Assembly (NCBI RefSeq): GCF_004010195.1
Contig: NC_057750.1
Span: 4,882,352-4,946,351, forward strand
Reading direction: 5' to 3'
DNA: 64,000 nt
DNA from: Chiloscyllium plagiosum
Taxonomy: Eukaryota
Of this stretch, positions 13,902 through 27,822 are shown one piece after another. Under the pieces are notes generated by a model. It searched no databases. It saw only the letters and a program-made list of their open reading frames with translations, and was not told the origin of the DNA. Each line of letters starts with the position of its first letter. Position 1 is the stretch's first letter. The position numbers and the translations under genes were made by a program.

Positions 13902-14129
13902 GTCAATGAAGGATGGTCTCTGACAGACATCACAGGGCGAAGGTGTGGCACCCTGATGAACAAGCTGATCTATTTTTTTCACACCGAGGATGTTTACGAT
14001 AATTGCACACCTAAATTTAATGTAGGCACTGCCTCTCATTAAATTTGGGTGTGCAATTACCGCAAGCTTGTTCATCAGGGTGCTACACCTTTGCCCTGTG
14101 ATGTCTATCAGAGACCATCCTGCATTGAC
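13902..14129. repeat. Near-perfect foldback (long hairpin)
   Basis: Outer ~65-bp arms with 4 mismatches, inner ~23-bp arms, and a ~30-nt bulge on the left arm. Confidence 0.85.
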
Positions 14130-14236
14130 ACTCTGCAGCTCATCACACTTCATCTGACAGGCCCTCCTGACCTCTTGAGCTGGAAATGTGTTGCTGGAAA
14201 AGCGCAGCAGGTCAGGCAGCATCCAGGGAACAGGAG

Positions 14237-14272
14237 AATCGACGTTTCGGGCATAAGCCCTTCTTCAGGAAT
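14237..14272 (-). ncRNA. Minimal hammerhead ribozyme motif
   Basis: Reverse complement of the 14929 copy. Confidence 0.7.
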
Positions 14273-14928
14273 GAGGAAAGTTTGTCCAGCAGGCTAAGAT
14301 AAAAGGTAGGGAGGAGGGACTTGGGGGAGGGGCGTCGGAAATGTGATAGGTGGAAAGAGGTCAAGGTGAGGGTGATAGGTCAGACTGGGGTGGGGGCGGA
14401 GAGGTCGGNNNNNNNNNNNNNNNNNNNNNNNNNNNNNNNNNNNNNNNNNNNNNNNNNNNNNNNNNNNNNNNNNNNNNNNNNNNNNNNNNNNNNNNNNNNN
14501 NNNNNNNNNNNNNNNNNNNNNNNNNNNNNNNNNNNNNNNNNNNNNNNNNNNNNNNNNNNNNNNNNNNNNNNNNNNNNNNNNNNNNNNNNNNNNNNNNNNN
14601 NNNNNNNNNNNNNNNNNNNNNNNNNNNNNNNNNNNNNNNNNNNNNNNNNNNNNNNNNNNNNNNNNNNNNNNNNNNNNNNNNNNNNNNNNNNNNNNNNNNN
14701 NNNNNNNNNNNNNNNNNNNNNNNNNNNNNNNNNNNNNNNNNNNNNNNNNNNNNNNNNNNNNNNNNNNNNNNNNNNNNNNNNNNNNNNNNNNNNNNNNNNN
14801 NNNGCCCCCACCCCAGTCTGACCTTTCACCCTCACCTTGACCTCTTTCCACCTATCACATTTCCGACGCCCCTCCCCCAAGTCCTTCCTCCCTACCTTTT
14901 ATCTTAGCCTGCTGGACAAACTTGCCTC

Positions 14929-14964
14929 ATTCCTGAAGAAGGGCTTATGCCCGAAACGTCGATT
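14929..14964 (+). ncRNA. Minimal hammerhead ribozyme motif
   Basis: CTGAAGA-A-GGGC ttat GCCC-GAAA-CGTC. Confidence 0.7.
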
Positions 14965-15859
14965 CTCCTGTTCCCTGGATGCTGCCTGACCTGCTGCGCT
15001 TTTCCAGCAACACATTTCCAGCTCTGATCTCCAGCATCTGCAGACCTCACTTTCTCCTCCTGACCTCTTCCCAACAAACCGCCTGCATTTGGATAGCACC
15101 TTTAACTGAGTGAACCGTCACGAGACACCTTTTCAGGAATTTTAACCGATTCCGGCAGCAAAGGTGACCCAAAGGGGCAACATTCAAGGAACGTCACTAG
15201 AGAGGGAGGGAGGACATTACAGAGTAACAGGACACTCATCTGAGAGGGGATGGAATTTCATCTCCCAGAGGGTACTGAACATGTTGAATCCTCTACCCCA
15301 GACAGGTGTGGAGGCTAGATCACTGAAAGGATTTAAAGGAGAAGGAGATAGATGTTTTTTTGATATAGCATGGAGCTAAGGGATACAAGGAGTTGGCACG
15401 GAAAAGGAGTTGAGGCTTGGGAAGATCAGCCATAATCTTATTCAATAGTAGGGCAGTGTTGAAGGGCTGAATGGTCCATTCCTGATCCTTTTGTTTATAT
15501 CCCAACAGAATTCCATAGAGTGACAGAGATGTACAACACGGAAACAGACCCTTTGGTCCAACTTGTCCATGCCGAGTAGATATCCTAACTTAATCTAGTC
15601 CCCATTTGCCAGAAAATGGCCCAGCTCTCTCTGAAGCTTTCCGAGTCATATACCCATCCAGATGCCTTTTAAATGTTGCAATTGTACCAGCCTCCACCAC
15701 TTCCTCTGGCACCCTCTGTGTGAAAAGATTGCCCCTCAGGTCTCTTTTAAATCTTTCGCCTCTCACCTTAAACCTATGGCCTCTAGTTTTGGACTCCTCT
15801 ACACTGGGGAATCACCCTATTCATAACCCTCAATGATTTTATAGATCTTTATAAGGTCC

Positions 15860-16870
15860 TTTCATCAGTCTAATAACAGCTGGGAAGAAGCTGTTCCTGA
15901 ACCTGCTGGTGCGTGTGTTCAGGCCTCTGCATCTACTGCCTGATGGAAGAGGCTGTAGGAGAGCATTCCCAGGGTGGGAGGGGTCTTTGATGATGGTGGG
16001 AATTCCTGGACTGGTCGTTGGTTATCGTCACTCTGAGGAACGTGGCGCTCTCCACCCTCTCAACCTCCACTCCGTTGATGTAGACTGGGGTGTGCTCTCC
16101 TCCCGTCTTTCTGAAGCTAATGATCAGTTCTTTAGATTTGCAATGTTGTGAAAGAGGTTGTTCTCATTGCACCACCTCACCAAGCCCTCTATATCCTTTC
16201 TATATCCTGATCTGTCGTTGTTTGATATCTGCCCAACTACGGTGGTGTCAGCGGTGAACTTGGAGGTGACATTTGTTCAGAAGTTGGCAACAGTGGTGGG
16301 TGTACAGGGAGTAGAGTACCAAACTGAGGACGCATCTTTGAGGGGCTCCAGTGTTGAGGGTCATTGTGGAGGAGGTGCAGTTCCCTATCTTCACTGTGGG
16401 TCAGGAAGCTGAGGATCCAGTTGCAGAGGGTGGAGCCAAGACCTAGATCTTGGAGGTTTGACATCAGTCTGGGGGCATTAATGGTGTTGAAGCTGGAGCT
16501 GTAGTTGATGAGCAGGAGTCTGACATAGGTGGCCTTGTCCAAATGGTCCAGGGATGAGTGCAGGGCTAGGGAAATGGCGTCCCCTGGGGACCTGTTAGAT
16601 GGGTAGGCAAATTGTAGAGGATTGAGACAGGCTGGGAGATGAGAGTTGATGTGGGCCATGACCAGCCTCCCGAAGCACTTCATGATTATATAGGCCAGAG
16701 CCACTGGGCAATACTCACTAAGGCACATTGCATGTGCTTTCTTAGGTACTGGGATAATGCTGATGTTCTTGAAGCAGTTGGGAACTTCAGCTTGTTGGAG
16801 TAGGAGGTCGAAGATATGAGTGCTTGGCTGGGGACTCCATCCGGCCCATCGCTTTCCTTGGGCTGAATCC
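15860..16870 (-). mobile_element. Rex1/Babar-type LINE RT fragment
   Basis: PVAL..IIMKCFGRLV, LNPLQFAY..NRS..DAI, YVRLLLINYSSSFNTI are characteristic of the Rex1/Babar clade. Confidence 0.8.
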
Positions 16871-17800
16871 CAGGAAGACCAGGCAGAAGTGGGTCCTGCA
16901 GATGCTGGAGATTAGAGTCAAAAGTAGAGTGGTGCTGGAAAAGCACAGCATCCGAGCAGCAGGAAAAATTGACGTTTCGAGCAAAAGCCCTTCTTCAGGA
17001 ATGGTGAGGGGCTTTTGTTCGAATGTTGATTTTCCTGCTGTTCGGATGCTGCCTGACCTGCTGCGCATTTCCAGCACCACTCTGCTCTTGACTCCCAAGA
17101 AGACCAATCTGACGTCTGCAGCAGTGACAGGGCTGTCGGGGTAGGTGGCACCATGTGGAGATTCTGCTTGTATCGAGTATAGAAGGCATCAGGGAGGGAC
17201 ATGTCTTCCAGAGGAAGTGGTGGATGTGGGTACAGCTACAACATTTCAAAGACATTTGGATAAGTCCATGAATAGGAAAAGTTTGGAGGGATATGGGCCA
17301 GCAGCAGGCAGGTGGGACTAGTTTAGTTTGGGATTATGGTCAGCATGGACTGGGTGGACCGAAAGGTCTGTTTCCAAGCTGTATGATTCTATGATGTCCT
17401 GGAGTCCATGAATAGGAAAAGTTTGGAGGGATATGGGCCAGCAGCAGGCAGGTGGGACTAGTTTAGTTTGGGATTATGGTCAGCATGGACTGGGTAGACC
17501 GAAGGGTCTGTTTCCAAGCTGTATGATTCTATGATGTCCTGGGATTCCTTCCAAACCTGAGAGAGTGAACACTTTGGAGCATGGCCATGCGCTCTTTACT
17601 CAGTCTGGCATTCTAAACGGGAGCTACGTTCCACATTGGGCCTGGCATAACAATTAAACACATTTAATAATCTGCTGGAAAATAGCTGGAAAAGCTCAGC
17701 AGATCTGGCAGCATCTGTGGAGAGAAATCAGAGTTAATGTTTCAGGGTCAGGTGACCGTTCCTCAGAACTCATTCATTGACTCCATCTCCCTATCTACTT

Positions 17801-18296
17801 AGGGGTGGCACGGTGGCTCAGTGGTTAGCACTGCTGCCTCACAGCACCAGGGACCCAGGTTCGATTCCAGCCTCAGGTGACTGTCTGTGTGGAGTTTGCG
17901 CCTTCTCCCCGTGTCTGCGTGGGTTTCCCCCGAGTGCTCCGGTTTCCTCCCACAGTCACAAAGACGTGTAGGTCAGGTGAATTAGCCATGCTAAATTGCC
18001 CGTAGTGCTAGGTGCATTAGTCTGGGGAAATGTAGGAGAATGGATCTGGGTGGGTTACTCTGGAGTTTGCACCTTCTCCCCGTGTCTGCGTGGGTTTCCC
18101 CCAAGTGCTCCGGTTTCCTCCCAGTCACAAAGACGTGTAGGTCAGGTGAATTGGCCATGCTAAATTGCCCGTAGTGCTAGGTGCATTAGTCTGGGGAAAT
18201 GTAGGAGAATGGATCTGGGTGGGTTACTCTTCGGAGGGTCACTGTGGACTTGTTGGGCTGAAGGGCCTGTTTCCATACTGTAGGGAATCTAATCTA
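17801..18296 (+). mobile_element. HE1-like tRNA-derived SINE with internal duplication (representative; >20 copies or fragments in the window)
   Basis: A-box GGTGGCTCAGTGGTTAGCAC, B-box GGTTCGATTCC, CR1-like 3' end and (ATCTA)n tail. Confidence 0.85.
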
Positions 18297-21200
18297 CTTG
18301 TAACAGAAATTGCTGGACAAGCTTGGCAGGTCAGGCAGGAGAAATCAGAGTTAACGTTTTGGGTTGAATGACTGGACTTGAAACATTAACTCTGCTTTCT
18401 CTCCACAGACCCTGCCAGACCTGCTGAGCTTTTCCAGCAATTTCTGTTTTTGTTTCTGATTTTCAGCATCTAGAATTGTTTTTAATGGTTTTCACATTTA
18501 AAAGTCAGTTTGAAGTTCCATAGTGATACTTGAGAAGAACTGAAGCCTTCCAATTGTTGTTTTCAGAATAATACTGATTTCAGAACCAAAGGAAGGGTAT
18601 CTTGTGTCTCTACCCTGGGACCAGGAGGTTTGGTTTCAAGTCCCCTCCTGCTCTAGGAGGTGCGAAATAAAACGCTGAACAGGTTGGCGAGGAAAAATAG
18701 GTCAATAAATTTTAAAAAAACAAGGGAGAAAGGAGTTGCACTGCAGGCAATTAGGATTTGGAAAGTGCTGGCTGGGTGGAGTCAGGTTCATTTGTGGCTA
18801 TCAAGAGGAATTTGGATAATTTCCTGCAGAGGTTTAAAATGAGGTTAGATAATTACTTGATTAAGAAATCATTCGACTGAATTGCGACAATGATACAAAC
18901 AAAGCGAATATTCATCATTTGCAATATTGTTACAAACAAGCCTTAAAAATATTAGCAGAATCTCACAATTATATTAGTTTCAGGTATGGATAATTATGTG
19001 CAAAATGCAGTCTCTTTAACGTACAGTTTGGAAATGCAGTCTGCATTCTGGATTAAAGTCCATGAGACATAGGAACAGAAGTAGACCATTCAGCCCATCG
19101 ACTCTGCTCTGCCATTCAATGTGATCACGGCTGATCTGATAATCCTCAACTCCACTTTCCTGCCTTTCTCGCATAACCCTTGAATTGAGTGCATTTTCCA
19201 CCATTTATGTACTATTCATGAGTTTTACCAAGTGTGGACCACACTGTCTCACAGTCATAGAGTCATAGAGATGTACAGCACGGAAACAGAACCTTCGGTC
19301 CAACTCGTCCATGCCAATCAGATATCCCAACCCAATCTAGTCCAACACCCGGCCCATATCCCTCCAAGCCCTTCCTATTTATATACCCATCCAGATGCCT
19401 TTTAAATGTTGCAATTGTACCAACCTCCACCAGTCAACTTGTTCTGTACCTTACTTCTCAAATTATATATTAGCTCCTTAATTCTGTCGTACAATTACTT
19501 TTGCATGGTTATAGCCAAAGAGCCCCGTGACCCTTCTCCCACTGGATCTGAAATGTTAACTGTGCTTCTCTCTCTCCACAGGTGCTGCCAGACCTGCTGA
19601 GTTTCCCCACCAATTTCTGTTTTTATTTCAGATTTCCAGCATCTGCAGTTATTTATTTTACCTATGACACATATTCAATGTACTGATTGTGTCAGAATTC
19701 TTTAAACACAGCTATCGGAAAGCTGTTGTTAAACATGAAAGGGTTCAGAAACAACTTAAAATGATGTTGCAGGGATTGGAGGATTTGAGCTATAGGGAGA
19801 GGTTGAACAGACTGGGGCTGTTTTCCCTGGAGCATCGGAGGCTGAGGGGTGACCTTATAAAGGTTCATAAAATCATGAGGGGCATGGAGAGGGTGACTAG
19901 ACAAAGTCTTTTCCTCAGGGTGGAGGAGTCTAAAACTAAAGGGCTTAGGTGAGTGGGGAAAGATTTAAAACTTTTTCACACAGAGGGTGGTGCGTGTATG
20001 TAAGAGCTGCCAGGGGAAGCAGTAGAAGCTGGTACAATTACAACACAGCACGGCATGGCATGGTAGCTCAGTGGTTACACAGCGCCAGGGACCCGGGTTC
20101 GATTCCAGCCTCGGGCACTGTCTGTGTGGAGTTTGCACATTCTCCCTGTGTCTGCGTGGGTTTCCTCCGGGTGCTCTGGTTTCCTCCCACAGTCCAAAGA
20201 TGTGTCGGTCAGGTGAATTGGCCATGCTAAATTGCCCATAGTGTTAGGTGCATTAGTCAGAGGGAAATGGGTCTGCGTGGGTTACTCTTTGGAGGGTCGG
20301 TGTGGACTTGTTGGACCAAAGGGCCTGTTTCCACACTGTAGGGAATCTAATCTAAAAGGCATCTGGATGGGTATATGAATAGGAAGGGTTTAGAGGGACA
20401 TGGACCAATTGCTGGCAAATATGACTAGGATTTGGGATATCTGGTCGGCATGAATGAGTTGGACTGAAGGGTCTGTCTCCGTGCTGTACATCTCAATGAC
20501 TCAATGACTGCTCTCACAATAGAGACTGATGGTGAGTTTAATCTGAGAGTCACCAGGCCTCAGGTAAGGGGAGAGGTCATGAAGATGGGACTTGCATGAC
20601 GATCTCAGCTTTGCTGAAAAACTTTATATCTCCCTCAAGAGTAGAAGGATCACTTTGAAGAAGAAAATTATGAATGGTTTTGATTTGGCAAAGGAGGGGA
20701 AAATGAAAACTAGTGACCAGACCACACAGAAATAACACATGACACAAAGCTGACAGAAAGCTGATGGGGCGTGTTTTTATTTTAATTCAGTGAGTTGTTA
20801 CAATCCGGAAACTTCCATTTGAAAGGGTAGTGAAAGTAGATTTGAGTCGTGACACGCAAAAAGAATTGGTTCTGGACATAAAAAAGGGAACATTACAGGG
20901 CTGGAAGGAACAAATTGATGACCGGTCAGGGATCTACCACAGTGGCTCAGTGGTTAGCACTGCTGCCTCACCTCCCTAGAGACCTGGGTTTGATACTAGG
21001 CTTGGACAACCGTCTGCGTGGAGTTTCCTCCCACAGTCCAAAGAAATGCAGCTGTGCTAAATTGCATGCAGTATCCAGGGATTTGCAAGCTAGGTGGGTT
21101 AGCCATGAGCAATGCAGGGATAGGGTGGGATGCTCTTTGGAGGGTTGTTATGAGCTGCTTCCACACTGTGGGGATTCTATGATTCAGCACAGCGATGATG

Positions 21201-24200
21201 GGTTAATGTCTCTAAAGCTATACAGCTCTAAGATAGACTCAATCTTTTGTCTCTACATTGGTCTGCAGAGGTTGGGCAGGAAGACAACAAATTATAATTT
21301 GACCTCAGGAAATCTGAAAAGGTATCAGCAATTTTTAAAGTCAAGTGAAGGTGATAACAGTTCAGTTAACAAAACATGAATGTACTCATATTTTCATTTC
21401 TCACTTATTTATTCTTTCATGGGGTGCGGGAATTCCTAGCTTTTTATTCGACATTGAACTAGGTCAGCGGTCTTTCAACACCAGGCTACAGTCCAACAGG
21501 TTTATTTGAAATCTGGAGTACTGTATCCAGTTCTGGTCATCCAGTTACAGGAAGGATATTATCAAGCAGGAGAGGGTTCAGAAGAGATTTACCAGGATGG
21601 TGCCGGGTTTGGAAGGTTTGAGTTAAAAAGGAAGGCTGGATAGGCTGGGACTTTTTCCACTGGAGTGTAGGAGGTTGAGAGGTGACCTGATAGAAGTTTA
21701 TAAAATAATGAGTAGTATAGATACAGTTAATGCTAGGATGGGGGAGTTCAAGACTTGGGGGCACATTATTAGGGTGAGAGGAGAGAGATTTAAAAAAGAC
21801 ATAACGGGCAAATTTTTTACAGAGAGTGTTTTGTGTGTGGAACGAACGTCCAGAGGAACTGATGGACAAGGGTACAATGACAACGTTTAAAAAACACTTG
21901 GATAAGTACATGAATAGGAAAGGTTTGGAGAGATATGGGCCAGGAGGAGGCAGGTGGGAACTAGTTTAGTTTGGGATTATGGTCGGCATGGACTGGTTAG
22001 ACTGAAGGGTTTGTTTTTGGCTGAATGACTTTAGGACTCTATGTCCCTAAATAAATCTGATTATCAACGATATGACCACACCACCATTTCTCTCAGGGAG
22101 AGCAAATTTATTGCAAATATTGTTTGAGAAACATGCCAAAACTACGAACATATGTGTTTAGCTTGGCTTGTCTCTGTGCCAGAGAGAACAATGTACTTAC
22201 GCCTTTGATTGGAATGTTTTAATCTAGAATGTACTTTTTTTCCTCTGTGTGAGACAATTTACAGAGGCCCAGTTTGTTTGTTCCACTTGAGTCAAGAGAT
22301 TCCCCAACAGTAGGAGTTGAACAGAAGGAGGGATTGTGTTTATAAAGTACAGCCTCAAATGGTCTCATAGGCATCGCCTTTACAATTCTACCCTGTGTGT
22401 CCTGGCCAATATTCCTCGCTTCAACCAGTAAAAACAACAAAACTAAATCTGAAAGAACTGCAGATACTGGAAATTAGAAACAAAAAACAGAAAATGCTGG
22501 AAAAGCTCAGCAGATATGGCAGCATCTGTGGAGAAAGCAAAAGGTCGACCTTTCCTTCGTGAGAAGTCAAAGTTGAATTTCTGCTCAGTTTCTGTTTTTG
22601 TTTCAGATTTCCAGCATCCGCAGATATTTGCTTTTCTTTGGCCCACTGCCCACCTTCTTTACAAAGACACATCCCAAACAGAAACTGGACAAAGGACTCT
22701 TCCCAACAGAGCCTTCTCTCTCCAGTCTCTCCTCATTCGACAATGAGTCAGAGAGGCATACAGCACAGATACAGACCCTTCATTCCAACTCATCCAGGCC
22801 GACCAGATATCCTTAAAATTATCCTAAAATAACCTAAAATATCCTAAAATATCCCTCCAAACCCTTTGTATTCATATATTCCATCCATTTAAATGTTGTA
22901 ACTGTACCATCCTCCACCACTTACTCTGGCAGCTCATTCCATACACACACCACCCTCTGCATGAAAAAGTTGCCCCTTAGATCCCTTTTATATCTTTCCC
23001 CTCTCACCCTAAACCTATGCCCTCTAGTTCTGGACTCTCCCACTTCAGGGAAAACACCTTGTCTATTTACCCTATCCATGCCCCTCATGATTTTATAAAC
23101 CTCTATAAGGTCACCCCTCAGCCTCCATCGCTCCAGGGAAAACAGCCCCAGTCTAATCGGCCTCTCCCTATAGCTCAAACCCTCCAATTCTGCCAACATC
23201 CTTGTAAATCTTTTCTGAACCTTATCAGGTTTCACAATATCCTTCACATAGCAGAGAGACCAGAATTGAACACAGTATTTCAAAACTGTCCAAACCAATG
23301 TCCTGTTCAGCCGCAACATATTTCCCAACTCCTGTACTGAGCAATAAAGCCCGGCAGCATCAGGAAGTGGAGAAGTTGACATTTTGGGTATAACCCTTCT
23401 TGAAATCCTGAAGAAGGGTTACATCCAAAATGTTGACTTCTGCACCTCCTGATGCTGCCTGCCTTGCTGTGTTCCCCCAGCCTCCTGCCTGTCCCTCCTG
23501 ATGCTGCCTGGCTTGCTGTGTTCTTCCAGCTTCCTGCCTGTCTACTTTGGATTCCAACGTCTGCAGTTTTTTTGTCTCTAACTGAGCAATAAAGGCAAGT
23601 TTACTATCACCTTCTTCACCACCCTGACTACATGTGACTCCACCTACAAGGAACTACGAACCTGCACTCCAAGATCTCTTTGTTCAGCAATACTCCCCAG
23701 GATCTTACCATTAAGTGTATAAGTCCTGCCCGGATTTGCCTTTCAAAAATGCAACTTTACATTTATCTAAATTAAACGCCATCTGCCATTTCTTGCCCTA
23801 TTAATCCTTCTGATCAAGGTCCTGCTGTACTCTGAGCTAATCTTCAACACTGTCCATTACACCTCCAATTTTGGTGTCCTTTGCATGACCATACCCCCTA
23901 TATTCACATCCAATTAATTTATATTAATGATAACAATCAGTGGACCCAGCAGCACCCTGATGTGCAGAGTGACCTGAGTGTCCTTGTGCTTGAATCACAG
24001 AAGGTTGGTGTGCAGATACAACAGGTAACTAAGGAGGCAAATGGAATTTTGTCCATCATAGCTAAAGGGATTGAATTGAAAAGCAGCGGGTTTAATGTTG
24101 CAGCTGTATAGAATCCCGACAGTGTGGGGAGAGACCCTTCAGGAGAAAGTGAGGACTGCAGATGCTGGAGATCAGAGCTGAAAAACGTGTTGCTGGAAAA

Positions 24201-26115
24201 GCGCAGCAGGTCAGGCAGCATCCAAGGAGCAGGAGAATCGACATTTCAGGCATAAGCCCTTCAGCCCAGCAAGACCCCACCAACACTCTGAAGAGTAAAC
24301 CACCCAGACCCATTCACTTATCCTATTAATCTACTTTTACCCCTGACTAATACACCTAACCTATACATCCCTGAACACTAATTCACCTAACCAATTCACC
24401 TAACCTGCACATCTGTGGAGACTGTGGGAAGAAACCGGAGCACTCGGAGGAAACTCATGCAGACACAGGGAGAATGTGCAAATTCCACACAGTCACCTGA
24501 GGCTGGAATTGAACACAGGTCCCTGGCACAAAGAGGCAGTGGTGCTAACCACTGAACCATCCAGGTCACTCCAGATTTCGAGAACGTCAGTCTGATCTCC
24601 CACCCCAGTTATACACTCTTCCACCTGTTGGGCAGAAAATAAAGAAGTTTGAGTACATGTACGAACAGATTCAAGAACAGCTTCTTCCCCTCTGTTACTA
24701 GACTTTAGTATGGATTTCTCAAATGTTAATATTGATCTCTCTCTGTGTTCTCAGTGGCTGTAACACTGTATCCTACACTCTGTTCTGTTACCCTGATGCA
24801 CTTGCATGGTACGATCTGCTTATAAAGCACAAGTGACAACACTTTTCACTGTATCTCGGCACATGTGACACCAATAAATCAAATCCCCTCTCTGAGTAAA
24901 ATCTAATTGCACATCTTTGGACTGTGGGAGGAAACCGGAGCACCCGGAGAATGTGCAAACTCCACACAGATGGTTGCCCGAATCTGGAATCAAACCCAGG
25001 TCCCTGGCACTGTGAGGTAGCAGTGCTAACCGCTGAGCCATGGTGCCACCCTGTAGGGCACTGGTGAGGCCACAATTGGTGTACTGTGTGCAGTTTTGGT
25101 CTCCTTACTTGAGAAAGGATGTATTGGCATTGGAGGGGGTGCAGAGGAGGGTCACTAGGTTGGTTCTGGAGTTGAGGGGGTTGGCTTATGAGGAGAGACT
25201 GAGTAGACTGAGATTATATTCATTGGGATTTAGAAGAATGAGGGGGGATCTTATCAAAACATATAAAATTATGAAGGGAATAGATAGGATACAAACCGAG
25301 AAGTTGTTTCCACTGGCAGGTGAAACTAGCACAAGAGGGTAGAGCCTCAAAATGAAGGGTTTAGGACTGAGCTGAGGAGGAACTTCTTCACCCAGAGGGT
25401 TGTGAATCTGTGGAACTCCCCACCCAGTGAAGGAGTTGAGGCTACCTCCTTGAATTTTTAAAGCTAAGATCGATAGATTTTTGAACAGTAAAGGAATGAA
25501 TGGTTATGGTGAGGGGGCGGGTAAATGGAGCTGAGTCCACAGAAAATCAGCCATGATCTTATTAAATGGGGGAGCAGGCTTGAGGCACCTAGTTCCTATG
25601 TTCTTACATCTGGTCAGCATGGATGGGTCAGACCGAAGGGTCTGTTTCCATGCTGTACATCTCTATGACTCTATGACACTGAACTCTGTCTAGGGTGAGT
25701 ATAGGCACCAAGACCACTAGATGGGTTTACATCCAGATTCAAAATAAATTCACATTTGCCTGAAATGGTGTGGGAGGAGGGCACATATTCAATCCCAGCC
25801 GGTCAGGCAGCATCCAAGAAGCAGAAGAATCAACAATTCGGTCATAAGGCCTTCATCAGGAATGCTTACACAGTAGGGCTTTTGCCCGAAACATCGACTC
25901 TCCTGTTCCTCGGATGCTGCCTGACCTGCTGTGCTTTTCCAGCAACACACTCTGGACTCTGATCTCCAGCATCTGCAGACCTCACACTCTCCTACACATT
26001 CAATCCCACATGGCAGCCGTCAGATGCGATGTTTTTTTTTAAAAGTGTGAAATATTAATGTGAAATACAGTACTGTATTTATGATTTATGTGGCTGGATG
26101 CCTAGAATTACAAAG

Positions 26116-27520
26116 TTTTTTTTTATTTCAAAAATATACTTTATTCATAAAATACTTTGATGATCTGTACAACTGAACATGCCATACATATGTAAACATT
26201 CCATTTGTTTGCATACCGAAAACAGAGTAATCATTCCTATTTACAGGTCTGTACGATTACATTTTCAGCGGAGGCGTCGGCAAATCCCAAATGACTACGT
26301 GGGCCCCCTGTTCTTCTTAGGCAGGCAGATGTTACACGGTGGTCTTTCCCCACCGCGCCTTGGCGGCAGCTGCCCAAAGCTTCAGCACGTCCCTCAACAC
26401 GTAGTCCTGGACCTTGGAATGTGCCAGACTGCAACACTCACTCGGGGTCAACTCCTTCAGCTGGAAGATCAACAGGTTTCAGACTGCCCAGAGAGCGTCN
26501 NNNNNNNNNNNNNNNNNNNNNNNNNNNNNNNNNNNNNNNNNNNNNNNNNNNNNNNNNNNNNNNNNNNNNNNNNNNNNNNNNNNNNNNNNNNNNNNNNNNN
26601 NNNNNNNNNNNNNNNNNNNNNNNNNNNNNNNNNNNNNNNNNNNNNNNNNNNNNNNNNNNNNNNNNNNNNNNNNNNNNNNNNNNNNNNNNNNNNNNNNNNN
26701 NNNNNNNNNNNNNNNNNNNNNNNNNNNNNNNNNNNNNNNNNNNNNNNNNNNNNNNNNNNNNNNNNNNNNNNNNNNNNNNNNNNNNNNNNNNNNNNNNNNN
26801 NNNNNNNNNNNNNNNNNNNNNNNNNNNNNNNNNNNNNNNNNNNNNNNNNNNNNNNNNNNNNNNNNNNNNNNNNNNNNNNNNNNNNNNNNNNNNNNNNNNN
26901 NNNNNNNNNNNNNNNNNNNNNNNNNNNNNNNNNNNNNNNNNNNNNNNNNNNNNNNNNNNNNNNNNNNNNNNNNNNNNNNNNNNNNNNNNNNNNNNNNNNN
27001 NNNNNNNNNNNNNNNNNNNNNNNNNNNNNNNNNNNNNNNNNNNNNNNNNNNNNNNNNNNNNNNNNNNNNNNNNNNNNNNNNNNNNNNNNNNNNNNNNNNN
27101 NNNNNNNNNNNNNNNNNNNNNNNNNNNNNNNNNNNNNNNNNNNNNNNNNNNNNNNNNNNNNNNNNNNNNNNNNNNNNNNNNNNNNNNNNNNNNNNNNNNN
27201 NNNNNNNNNNNNNNNNNNNNNNNNNNNNNNNNNNNNNNNNNNNNNNNNNNNNNNNNNNNNNNNNNNNNNNNNNNNNNNNNNNNNNNGTGCTGACCACTTC
27301 CTGGTGGACTTGTGGTCAAAGGTGTTTTTCTTGATAAATTTCTCCACGAAGGACAGGTGGTACGGAACGGTCCAACTACTCGGAGTGTGGCAGCGAGGCC
27401 AGGCCCATCCTTCGCAACACCGGGGACAGGTAGAACCTCAGTACGTAGTGACACTTGGTGTTTGCGTACCGGGGATCCACGCACAGCTTGATGCAGCCAC
27501 ACACAAAGGTGGCCAAGTAG
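26116..27520 (-). mobile_element. Tx1-type (L1 clade) LINE 3' portion spanning an N-gap
   Basis: HYVLRFYLSPVLRRMGLASLP...PYHLSFVEKF and DALWAV*NLLIFQ...HSKVQDYVLRD...ARWGKTTV*, with an A-rich tail at ~26116. Confidence 0.75.
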
Positions 27521-27597
27521 CCTCACAGAAGTGATTGATATCATTCAGGCTTTGAAAATTTGATACTCCCGTCCTGGGCTGGTATCATTTCGCTGGA

Positions 27598-27822
27598 TTC
27601 TGGATCAGTGGTGCTGGAAGAGCACAGCAATTCAGGCAGCATCCGACGAGCAGCAAAATCGACGTTTCGGGCAAAAGCCCTTCATCAGGAATAAAGGCAG
27701 AGAAGGGCTTTTGCCCGAAACGTCGATTTTGCTGCTCGTCGGATGCTGCCTGAACTGCTGTGCTCTTCCAGCACCACTGATCCAGAATCTGGTTTCCAGC
27801 ATCTGCAGTCATTGTTTTTACC
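27598..27822. mobile_element. Short inverted Penelope-like terminus pair with 14-bp TSD
   Basis: TSD ATCATTTCGCTGGA at 27584-27597 and 27823-27836. Intact hammerhead on the - strand at 27657-27692. Confidence 0.8.
27657..27692 (-). ncRNA. Minimal hammerhead ribozyme motif
   Basis: CTGATGA-A-GGGC tttt GCCC-GAAA-CGTC on the - strand. Confidence 0.72.

Larger units (their letters stand above)
14177..15055. mobile_element. Inverted pair of Penelope-like termini spanning an N-gap
   Basis: Arms 14177-14408 (-) and 14804-15055 (+) are reverse complements. Hammerheads at 14237-14272 (-) and 14929-14964 (+). Flanked by a 14-bp direct repeat CCTCCTGACCTCTT. Confidence 0.8.

Noticed and set aside
17263..17543. 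140-bp tandem duplication of a CR1 3' end (and the 43628-43890 duplication)
   Set aside because: An ordinary local duplication or assembly stutter with no functional signal.
17801..17875. tRNA-like sequences with A/B boxes (many copies)
   Set aside because: They are SINE heads that continue into the SINE body and LINE-like tail, not tRNA genes.
26179..27544. Long ORFs in the track (also 14294-14907 and 39139-40029)
   Set aside because: Their length comes from N-runs translated as X.
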